This document shows, in pieces, positions 33,779 through 41,285 of a DNA stretch of 46,365 bases (the stretch's first letter is position 1; the number at the start of each line of letters is the position of its first letter). The position numbers were made by a program, and so were the translations under genes. The notes under the pieces were generated by a model. That model made no database searches, was not told the origin of the DNA, and saw nothing but the letters and a program-made list of their open reading frames with translations. This DNA comes from Candidatus Woesearchaeota archaeon (GTDB lineage Archaea > Nanobdellota > Nanobdellia > Woesearchaeales > ARS49). The DNA is taken from the NCBI GenBank assembly GCA_041599235.1, contig JBFHWZ010000001.1:1-46365 (forward strand), given 5' to 3'.

Positions 33779-34435
33779 ATGAAACAGCAACTACTTATTG
33801 GCGCACTGGTAGTGCTCTTGGTGCTTCCTGCAGCAAGCGCTAAGGTTTTCTATTATTCTGATGAGGTTGATTATCAGGATAACCTGGCGTATGCGCACTT
33901 GAATCACTATGATGGCATTGATGCTGATGACTTTGTTGATTTTGATGATTATACTTGCGTGAGCTTAGATGACCAGCGCGCAATTGCCAATGCCAATCAG
34001 TATGACCATGTTGATCCGTGGACTGCAGCTACTATCAGCAGGCAAGACTTGAAAAAATTGTCACAGGCAGACCGCAATAGGATAGCTGATGAAAATCCTT
34101 ATGATGCTATTGACCGCGATGATGTTGACAGCTTTGATGATTTTTCATGTTCAACGTTGCGGGATTACAACGACTACGCACGAACCAATGCGTATGACCG
34201 ATATGATGAAGCTGACTTTACCCGCTTAGATCACATTGAGATTGCGCAAGAGGTTGGCAAAGACCGATACCACTTTTTTGAGCTGAGCGATTTTGATAGA
34301 TTTAACCTGAACCAGATCAGGTATAGGCCTGTTGCAAAATATCTGTATCCTGGCTATACCTATGGATGGAACGGCTATTATTATAACCAGTATGGCAGCA
34401 GAAATGCCTATCCGGTGTATGGTGCAGTTTACTAA
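33779..34435 (+). CDS. Secreted Asp-rich protein with duplicated YD-ID-DD..FDD-x-x-C module and Tyr-rich C-terminal tail
   Basis: Signal peptide MKQQLLIGALVVLLVLPAASA|K. Units YDGIDADDFVDFDDYTCVSLDD..NQYD and YDAIDRDDVDSFDDFSCSTLRD..NAYD lie 64 aa apart. Tail is YLYPGYTYGWNGYYYNQYGSRNAYPVYGAVY. The gene starts 2 nt after the preceding stop. Confidence 0.7.
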   Translation: MKQQLLIGALVVLLVLPAASAKVFYYSDEVDYQDNLAYAHLNHYDGIDADDFVDFDDYTCVSLDDQRAIANANQYDHVDPWTAATISRQDLKKLSQADRNRIADENPYDAIDRDDVDSFDDFSCSTLRDYNDYARTNAYDRYDEADFTRLDHIEIAQEVGKDRYHFFELSDFDRFNLNQIRYRPVAKYLYPGYTYGWNGYYYNQYGSRNAYPVYGAVY

Positions 34436-34468
34436 AGTTTTTTAAGCCCTTCCTGTTCTTGTTCTCGT

Positions 34469-35509
34469 ATGAAAATCATTGCCTCGAGCTTCAAGAAGGG
34501 CTTTGCAAAGATCATGCCTGAAACAAGTGATGACTTGTGGTATCTTTCGCAGTTAGTTGATGCTGGTGATGTGGTCAAAGGCAAGACTTTGCGCAAGATA
34601 AAGCCCACTGAAGAGGCCAAAGCAATCCGCAAGCCGGTTTTTATGATTCTGAAAGTTGAAAAGACTGAGTTCAGTCCTGAAGCATTGCGTATTCTGGGCA
34701 CTGTGCTCGAAGGCCCTGAGGATGTGCCGCATGGCAGTCATCATACGTTTAATGTTGAAACAGGAACTGTGCTGACTATTGAAAAAACAGAATGGCTGAA
34801 CTATCAGATTAAGCGTTTGAAAGAAGCTGCAGAAAGTGCTGCTCCAAAAATTCTTATTTGTGTATTTGATCGCGAGGAAGCCTTGTTTGCTATGATGAAG
34901 CGCGCAGGCTATGTTGTCCTGGGAACCCTGAAGGGTGATGTTGCTAAAAAGCGCATGGATGAAAAAGGCAAGGAGTTCTGGCCAAGCATCATCAAGCTAC
35001 TTGAGTCCTATGATGCGCGACACAAGCTTGACAAGATTATTCTTGCAAGCCCTGCATTTTGGAAAGAAGAATTGTTCAAAGTGCTTAAGAATGACGCGCT
35101 CAAGAAAAAAATCATTCAAGCTACTTGTAGTGGCGCTGATGAAAGCGCTATTGCAGAAGTGCTGAAACGCGACGAAACAAAACACGCATTGCAGCAGGAG
35201 CGGGTCAGCAAGGAGATTAAGCTGGTTGAGTCAGTGCTGGCTGAAATCAGCAAAGGCGGTGCTGTTGCGTATGGCATGGATGAGGTTGCTAAGGCTGTAG
35301 AAGCAGGCGCGGTCAAAGAACTTCTCGTGACTGATGGGTTTATCAATAAGCGCAGGCTTGCAAACACGTTTAAGCAGCTTGATGTGATTATGAGGGCTGT
35401 TGACAAACAAAAAGGTGAGGTTATTATTGTCAGCAGTGATCATGATGGTGGCCAAAAGCTTGACGGCATTGGCGGTATTGGCGCTCTTTTACGATACAAA
35501 CTCTATTGA
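34469..35509 (+). CDS. pelA: Pelota (aDom34) mRNA surveillance factor
   Basis: N-terminal IMPETSDDLWYLSQLVDAGDVVKGKT followed by eRF1-like domains 2 and 3. Confidence 0.9.
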   Translation: MKIIASSFKKGFAKIMPETSDDLWYLSQLVDAGDVVKGKTLRKIKPTEEAKAIRKPVFMILKVEKTEFSPEALRILGTVLEGPEDVPHGSHHTFNVETGTVLTIEKTEWLNYQIKRLKEAAESAAPKILICVFDREEALFAMMKRAGYVVLGTLKGDVAKKRMDEKGKEFWPSIIKLLESYDARHKLDKIILASPAFWKEELFKVLKNDALKKKIIQATCSGADESAIAEVLKRDETKHALQQERVSKEIKLVESVLAEISKGGAVAYGMDEVAKAVEAGAVKELLVTDGFINKRRLANTFKQLDVIMRAVDKQKGEVIIVSSDHDGGQKLDGIGGIGALLRYKLY

Positions 35510-35702
35510 GTGAAATCTGTATTATTGACAACATAAATAATTATATACGAGCCTTGTTTTTTGAGTACTCAGGAATGGCAACGACTTGGGTGTCTTCACG
35601 CACAAGTGAGTTTTCCCTCTTGCCTAGTGCGAAAAAACCGTAACATATTAATAGTGGTAATAATTAACCTCGCACAAATAACAAAAAGGGGGGCGGTACA
35701 GC

Positions 35703-36506
35703 ATGATTGTTAAAGAAGAATTTTTGGCAAAGCTAAGACGCTATTTTTCATTGAACCTCTATGAGGTTAAGATTTGGACAGCGCTGCTCAGTCGTGGTGT
35801 GGCAACTGCAGGTGAGCTTTCTGACATTGCAAATGTTCCACGAAGCAGAAGTTATGATGTTCTTGAAAGTCTTGAACGCAAAGGCTTTGTGGTCATGAAA
35901 CTGGGCAAGCCCATTAAATATATTGCAGTCCAGCCAAGTGAAGTTCTTGACCGAGTCAAGAAGAACATGCGCGAAGACGCAGAAGAAAAAGTCAAGCGCT
36001 TGGAAGACTTGAAAAGCACTGATGTTCTGAATGAGCTTAACTTGCTTCATTCCCAAGGTATTGAGCTGATTGAGCCAGCAGAGCTCTCAGGGAGCTTGCG
36101 GGGCAGGCACAACTTATACAATCACCTTGAGTTGACCATCAGAAATGCAGAAAAGTCAGTGACTATCATGACGACCTCGCAGGGATTCTTGCGCAAAGTA
36201 GAAGGCCTCAAGCCAGTCTTTGATAAACTGAAAAAACGCGGTGTTAAAGTACGCATCGCAGCGCCGATGACAAAAGAAGCAAAGCATTCACTCAAAGAAT
36301 TGGGCAACGTGGCTGAGGTAAAGAATGCTGACACCAAAGCGCGCTTCTGCATTGTTGACGGCAAAGAGCTTATCTTCATGATCTTGGACGACAAGGAAGT
36401 GCATCCAACCTATGATGTCGGCATCTGGGTCAACACGCCATTCTTTGCCAACGCACTGGAGAACCTATTTGACGTTGCATGGAAGTCCATGAAAACAGCA
36501 AAATAA
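35703..36506 (+). CDS. TrmB-family transcriptional regulator, paralogue 2
   Basis: YEVKIWTALLSRGVATAGELSDIANVPRSRSYDVLESLERKGFV. Collinear with 13295-14092 over its whole length. SD AAGGGGGG lies 9 nt upstream. Confidence 0.8.
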   Translation: MIVKEEFLAKLRRYFSLNLYEVKIWTALLSRGVATAGELSDIANVPRSRSYDVLESLERKGFVVMKLGKPIKYIAVQPSEVLDRVKKNMREDAEEKVKRLEDLKSTDVLNELNLLHSQGIELIEPAELSGSLRGRHNLYNHLELTIRNAEKSVTIMTTSQGFLRKVEGLKPVFDKLKKRGVKVRIAAPMTKEAKHSLKELGNVAEVKNADTKARFCIVDGKELIFMILDDKEVHPTYDVGIWVNTPFFANALENLFDVAWKSMKTAK

Positions 36507-36524
36507 GCATTTTTTTTATTTCTC

Positions 36525-38051
36525 ATGGAACTCAAAAAAGTTATCGCTACACTGCACTCGCTTGAGCGGAAAGTTATTCCTGTATTGGATAAGCTTACCA
36601 CCGTAAACCAGATAGCACAAGCAACTGGATTACAGGAAGTGGAAGTAGTGCGTGCCCTGCAATGGCTGCAGAACAAAAAAGCAGTTATTGTTGAAACCCG
36701 GCCCAAAGAACTTGTCAGTCTGGGCAAAAATGGCACTAAGTACCTCAAAGAAGGGCTGCCTGAGCGGCGTTTTCTTGAAGCAGTGCGCGATAAAGAGCTT
36801 GACGTGAACAGGCTTGAAAAAGCACTGCCCAAAGAGGAAGTGAACGTCTGCCTGGGTATGCTGCGCAGCAAAGCAATGATTTTGCTTTCAAAAGACAAAA
36901 AGCTCAAAGTCAAGCTTACTGATCGGGGAAAGTCATTTCTCAAAAAAGACCTGCCTGAAGAGCTTTTTCTCAGAAAAGCGTTTCCTTTAGATACTAAAGA
37001 ACTGGGTGCTGAGGACAAGAAGCTTCTGCAAAGCCTGCGCAAGCGCAAAGATTTGGTAAAGGTTGATGTTGAAAAACTCAAAACAGTCAAGCTCCTTGAA
37101 ATCGGCAAGCAGCTCATTGAGGCAGGGGTGGGGGATGGCAAAGTCATTGATCGCGTCACTCCCGAACTGATCAGGTCAGGTGACTGGAAGAAAAAAGAAT
37201 TCAGGCGCTATGATGTTGAGATCAATGTGCCGCATATCACGGGCGGCAAACGCCATTTGGTTGAACAAGCAAGCCAGTATATCAAACGCATCTGGCTCGA
37301 TATGGGCTTTCAAGAAATGACTGGCTCGTTTGTGCAAACTGCTTTTTGGGATCTTGATGCGCTGTTTGTTCCGCAAGATCACCCTGCGCGGGAAATGCAA
37401 GATACGTTTTACATCAAAAAACCCAACCAGGGAACGCTGCCAAAGGAATATGTGCGCGCCATAAAGAACGTGCACGAAAATGGCGGTACTACCGGCAGCA
37501 CTGGCTGGCAAATGCCCTGGAGCGAGGAAAAAGCAAAAGAGTTGCTCTTGCGAACGCACACAACAGTCTTAAGCGCACGTACCTTAGCGCAGCTTAAGCC
37601 TGAAAATCTGCCAGCAAAATTTTTCTCAGTATCACGAGTGTTTAGAAATGAAACACTTGACTGGAAGCACTTGTTCGAGTTCTATCAAGTTGATGGTATT
37701 GTCATTGATCCAAATGCCAACCTGCAGCATTTGTTTGGCTACCTGAAGGAGTTTTACAAAAAAATGGGTTATGCTGATGTGCGCTTGTCACCTTCGCATT
37801 TTCCCTATACTGAACCGTCAGTAGAGGTGCACGTCCTGCATCCTGAGCGCAATGAATGGGTGGAACTGGGCGGCGCAGGTATTTTCAGGCCTGAAGTGGT
37901 CAAGCCGCTCTTAGGTATTGACGTGCCGGTGCTTGCGTGGGGCTTGGGCATGGAACGAATCATCACTGCCTATTATGGTATAACTGATCTTCGAGAGATT
38001 TACAAAAATGATATCAAATACTTGCGAGGGATTAAATCCTGGGTGAAATAA
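36525..38051 (+). CDS. pheS: Phenylalanyl-tRNA synthetase alpha subunit
   Basis: N-terminal wH repeats and class II core: HPAREMQDTFY, SRVFRNETLDWKHLFEFYQVDG, GAGIFRPEV. Confidence 0.95.
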   Translation: MELKKVIATLHSLERKVIPVLDKLTTVNQIAQATGLQEVEVVRALQWLQNKKAVIVETRPKELVSLGKNGTKYLKEGLPERRFLEAVRDKELDVNRLEKALPKEEVNVCLGMLRSKAMILLSKDKKLKVKLTDRGKSFLKKDLPEELFLRKAFPLDTKELGAEDKKLLQSLRKRKDLVKVDVEKLKTVKLLEIGKQLIEAGVGDGKVIDRVTPELIRSGDWKKKEFRRYDVEINVPHITGGKRHLVEQASQYIKRIWLDMGFQEMTGSFVQTAFWDLDALFVPQDHPAREMQDTFYIKKPNQGTLPKEYVRAIKNVHENGGTTGSTGWQMPWSEEKAKELLLRTHTTVLSARTLAQLKPENLPAKFFSVSRVFRNETLDWKHLFEFYQVDGIVIDPNANLQHLFGYLKEFYKKMGYADVRLSPSHFPYTEPSVEVHVLHPERNEWVELGGAGIFRPEVVKPLLGIDVPVLAWGLGMERIITAYYGITDLREIYKNDIKYLRGIKSWVK

Positions 38052-39701
38052 ATGTCAATCATTACACTTAACAAAAAAACGATGCAGCAGCTTGTTGGCA
38101 AAAAACTAGCAGATGCTGATTTTAAAAAACACTTACCGGCAATGGGCATTGAAGTTGAGGCTGTGCTTGCCAAAGATATTGAAGTGGACATTTCTCCCAA
38201 CAGGCCTGACTGGCTGAGCGAACAGGGCATTGCACGTTCATTGCGGTCGTTTCTTGGCAAAAAAGCAAGTAAGCCATTCACGGTCAGCAAAGGGGCCTAC
38301 AAGGTGCTGGTTGATAAGAGCGTGGCTAAAGTGCGGCCCTTTACTGCATGCGCTGTGGTACATGGCTTGAAACTTGATGATGAGAAAATTCGTGAACTCA
38401 TACAAGTGCAGGAAAAATTACATATGACTTATTGCAGGCAGCGGAAAAAAGCAGCTATTGGCGTGTATCCTATGGAGAAAATATCATGGCCTATTCGCTA
38501 TTGTGCCAAACGGCCAGGTGAAATCTCTTTCCAGCCATTGGAAGCTGATCGTGAAATGCGCGCTGCGCAGATACTTGCTGAGCATCCTGCAGGAAAAGAG
38601 TATGGCCGCTTGCTGCAGGGCCAAGAGAAATATCCTTTGTTTATTGACGGCAAAAATCAGGTGCTGTCCATGCCGCCGATTATCAACTCGCAGTTGACCG
38701 GTAAAGTGACCAGCAAGACAAAAGATGTGTTTGTTGAATGCTCTGGCTTTGACCTGAATAATCTCAAAACCTTGCTGAATATTATTGTTGCGATGCTTGC
38801 TGATATGGGGGGCAAGGTGAGTGAAGTGCAGGTCAAGTACGCGACCAAGACTGTTAAGACGCCTGATCTGACTGAGAAAACTATGAAGCTTGACAAGGAG
38901 TATGTGAATAAGGTGCTGGGAACTGAGTTAACTGAAAAAGAAGTCAAAGTATGCCTTGAAAAAATGGGCTATGCTGTTGTTGGCAAAAAAGTAATGGTTC
39001 CTGCATATCGTGCAGATGTCCTGCACCCTGTTGATTTGGTTGAAGATGTTGCTATTGCGTACGGCTATGACAACCTGCGCCCCGAGGTGCCGAAAGTGGC
39101 AACTATTGCGCAAGAAGCACCTTTTGAAGTGTTTAGGAATACTGTGTGTGATATGCTTGTTGGTTTGGGTTTGCTGGAGACCAGCACATTCCACATAACC
39201 AATGCAGAGGTGCAGTCAACCTTAATGCAGCATGATGTTCCGCTTATTGCATTGGCTAATGCGCTAACCAATGAATACAATGCATTGCGCGCTTGGATGA
39301 TTCCATCGCTGCTTGAAGTGCTCAAGCATAACTTACATCATGAGTACCCGCAGAAGATCTTTGGCACGGGCTTGATTTTCAAAGAAAATCCCAAGACTGA
39401 AACAGGTATTGAAGAAGACTGCAGGCTGGCAGTGCTGCTGTGCCATGCCAAGACTGACTATACTGAAGTCAAACAGATTCTTGATTATGTGCTGCGCATG
39501 CTTGAAATGCAGTATGAGGTGCATGCAGCAGAGCACCAGAGCTTTATTCCAGGACGAGTATCGCGCGTGCGCGTCAAGAACAAAGGCATTGCGTATATGG
39601 GGGAACTGCATCCGAAAGTGCTGCAAAGTTTTGGCATTGAACAGCCAGTTGCTGCGTTAGAGATTAACCTTACGCAGTTGTTTTGGCTGCGCTCGCCTTA
39701 G
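38052..39701 (+). CDS. pheT: Phenylalanyl-tRNA synthetase beta subunit
   Basis: B3/4- and B5-like regions (ISPNRPDWLSEQGIARSL, PAYRADVLHPVDLVEDVAIAYGYDN). It starts immediately after the pheS stop. Confidence 0.93.
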   Translation: MSIITLNKKTMQQLVGKKLADADFKKHLPAMGIEVEAVLAKDIEVDISPNRPDWLSEQGIARSLRSFLGKKASKPFTVSKGAYKVLVDKSVAKVRPFTACAVVHGLKLDDEKIRELIQVQEKLHMTYCRQRKKAAIGVYPMEKISWPIRYCAKRPGEISFQPLEADREMRAAQILAEHPAGKEYGRLLQGQEKYPLFIDGKNQVLSMPPIINSQLTGKVTSKTKDVFVECSGFDLNNLKTLLNIIVAMLADMGGKVSEVQVKYATKTVKTPDLTEKTMKLDKEYVNKVLGTELTEKEVKVCLEKMGYAVVGKKVMVPAYRADVLHPVDLVEDVAIAYGYDNLRPEVPKVATIAQEAPFEVFRNTVCDMLVGLGLLETSTFHITNAEVQSTLMQHDVPLIALANALTNEYNALRAWMIPSLLEVLKHNLHHEYPQKIFGTGLIFKENPKTETGIEEDCRLAVLLCHAKTDYTEVKQILDYVLRMLEMQYEVHAAEHQSFIPGRVSRVRVKNKGIAYMGELHPKVLQSFGIEQPVAALEINLTQLFWLRSP

Positions 39702-40071
39702 GCGCTGCTTTTTTATCAGCTGCTTTGGGTTCTGCTTTTTGAGCAGCCTTTTTCTTAACTGCTTTCTTTTTTACTGGAGCAGCTTTTGGTTTAGCTTTTC
39801 GCTTTTTTGAAGGCTTTGCTGCTGGTGTTTTTTTCTTTTTGTCCCATACGGGCAGGCCAAGCTTGCTGAATGCTTCTTTGACGGTCTCATGGCTTGCGCC
39901 TTTGCGCAAATCAACAAGGTCTTCAAGCGGCTCAAGATGGCTCATGTTGCATTTTCTGCGTCGTGTGCCACCATCAATAAGCACAAAGGTATCATCAAGA
40001 ATGTCTACAATAACGCATTTTTTACCAGCATCTCTGCCAGCGATTTTCACGCAAATTCGTCCAACTTCCAT
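39670..40071 (-). CDS. rpl14e: Ribosomal protein L14e with ~57-aa Lys/Ala/Pro-rich C-terminal tail
   Basis: KOW core MEVGRICVKIAGRDAGKKCVIVDILDDTFVLIDGG..RRRKCNMSHLEPL. Tail is DKKKKTPAAKPSKKRKAKPKAAPVKKKAVKKKAAQKAEPKAADKKAAPKASAAKTTA. Start at ATG 40071 with SD GGAGG 7 nt upstream; the track start at 40122 is a TTG. Confidence 0.85.
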   Translation of the reverse strand: MEVGRICVKIAGRDAGKKCVIVDILDDTFVLIDGGTRRRKCNMSHLEPLEDLVDLRKGASHETVKEAFSKLGLPVWDKKKKTPAAKPSKKRKAKPKAAPVKKKAVKKKAAQKAEPKAADKKAAPKASAAKTTA

Positions 40072-40126
40072 GTGTGTTCCTCCAATCTCATTATCTGCGC
40101 AGGTCGTTGCCGTGTCCTGCAAGAGA

Positions 40127-40393
40127 TTATGCTCGTGCTAATGCAATGATTTTTGCCCTGCTGCACTTAGTGCACAGCACGCCGCCATAGGGGCGTTCAG
40201 GGCGTCGCATGGTTTTTGAGAGTGCTCGGCGCTTGTAGGGCAGTTCGCGTGGAACGCCTTTCAGGGTATCGCCGCAGCTACCACAGTGCGCTTTTGCAGG
40301 CTTGCGTCGAGCATAGCGCAATACGGTATTGCCGCCAGGCAGCTTGGTAAAGACCCGCCTGAAGGTTCGTGATTTTTGACTCCCCTTAACCAT
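40127..40393 (-). CDS. rpl34e: Ribosomal protein L34e
   Basis: MVKGSQKSRTFRRVFTKLPGGNTVLRYARRKPAKAHCGSCGDTLKGV. Confidence 0.92.
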   Translation of the reverse strand: MVKGSQKSRTFRRVFTKLPGGNTVLRYARRKPAKAHCGSCGDTLKGVPRELPYKRRALSKTMRRPERPYGGVLCTKCSRAKIIALARA

Positions 40394-40412
40394 ACAAAGG
40401 AGAAGGCGCGGT

Positions 40413-40426
40413 AGCTTTTTAAAGCT
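40413..40426. promoter_or_regulatory. Central palindromic TATA (AGCTTT-TT-AAAGCT) shared by divergent rpl34e and the ThiI-like gene
   Basis: 52-bp spacer. The centre (40419.5) is 26.5 nt from both ATG 40393 (minus) and ATG 40446 (plus). Confidence 0.55.
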
Positions 40427-40445
40427 TTCGTCGCTATAAGGTGGT

Positions 40446-41285
40446 ATGGTGTGGATTGTGCGCTATAGCGAAGTAGGCTTAAAAGGCAAGAATCGGGGGC
40501 GGTTTGAGCAGCAATTAGAGCGCACTATGCAGGCCTGCTTAAAGCAAAACAGCATTGCTGTTGAGAAGATTGAGCGGCCCTATGGCAGAGTTCTGGTATA
40601 TGCTGAAGGTGATTGTTCAGTCTTGAAGCGTGTTTTTGGCATTGCCAGCTTTAGTGAAGCTATTGTTGCAGGATCTGCAATGGATGAGGTAAAGAAAAAA
40701 GCACTGGAGTATTTTGCAATAAGCAAAGAACAAAAATTCAGAGTAAGCTGCCAGCGCCTTGATAAACAGTATCCCTTGAAAAGCATGGAATTTGAAAAAG
40801 AGCTTGGAACGTTTGTTCAGGAACAAACAGGCGCTGGTGTGAGCATGACTGCATTTGATGTTAATATCATGGCTGAGATTATTCAAGGCACAGTATACTT
40901 CTTTAAAGAAAAAAGCAAAGGGCTTGGCGGTTTGCCTGTTGGCATTGAAGGGACTGTGCTTGGCTTGGTGGAAGATGAAACCTCGCTCTTAGCCTGCTTG
41001 CTTATGATGAAGCGCGGCTGCAAAGTGGTGCCTGTTGCGTTGCATGCTGTTGATATCAGCTTATTGCAGAAGTTTGCTTATGGCTACCAACTGGAGTTAT
41101 TGCGTGCAGCAAAAATCGAAGAGCTTGATGCACTGGCAGCTCAGCATAATGCCAAAGCAGTTATTGTTAATGATCTCTTAGATACTATTCGTGAGGTACC
41201 TTTAAAAACTCAGGTGCTTAGACCATTATCTGGTTTTGAAAAAAAGGAAATCGAGGAACAACTCAATGCCTATAAAGCTCTGTGA
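40446..41285 (+). CDS. ThiI-like THUMP-domain protein with degenerate PP-loop
   Basis: N-terminal VRYSEVGLKGKNRGRFE (ThiI ferredoxin-like/THUMP region). GLGGLPVGIEGTVLGLVEDETSLLACLLMMKRGCKV sits where ThiI normally has LLSGGIDSPVA. C-terminal RPLSGFEKKEIEE. At 279 aa it is shorter than typical ThiI. Confidence 0.65.
   Translation: MVWIVRYSEVGLKGKNRGRFEQQLERTMQACLKQNSIAVEKIERPYGRVLVYAEGDCSVLKRVFGIASFSEAIVAGSAMDEVKKKALEYFAISKEQKFRVSCQRLDKQYPLKSMEFEKELGTFVQEQTGAGVSMTAFDVNIMAEIIQGTVYFFKEKSKGLGGLPVGIEGTVLGLVEDETSLLACLLMMKRGCKVVPVALHAVDISLLQKFAYGYQLELLRAAKIEELDALAAQHNAKAVIVNDLLDTIREVPLKTQVLRPLSGFEKKEIEEQLNAYKAL

Noticed and set aside
33427-33843. Alternative-frame ORFs inside the Tyr-rich gene (33583-33843 plus, 33427-33624 minus)
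   Set aside because: They have no signal peptide, promoter or SD. The 33381 frame has TATA, SD, a signal peptide, and a tightly following partner gene.
27692-34435. Surface-protein block as a horizontally acquired island, provirus or mobile element
   Set aside because: There is no integrase, transposase, tRNA target or flanking direct repeats. Its promoters use the same BRE/TATA words as the housekeeping genes, and base composition looks similar by eye.
35510-35702. Second replication origin next to TrmB paralogue 2
   Set aside because: There is no TTCCA-N3-GAAA box, no extended A/T tract, and no initiator gene adjacent.
36410-37159. 249-aa minus-strand ORF (Ser/Leu/Thr/Arg-rich) in the track
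   Set aside because: It is entirely antisense to the Lys/Glu-rich N-terminal region of pheS, and its low-complexity composition mirrors the sense strand. It has no promoter or SD. The pheS frame has clear family motifs.
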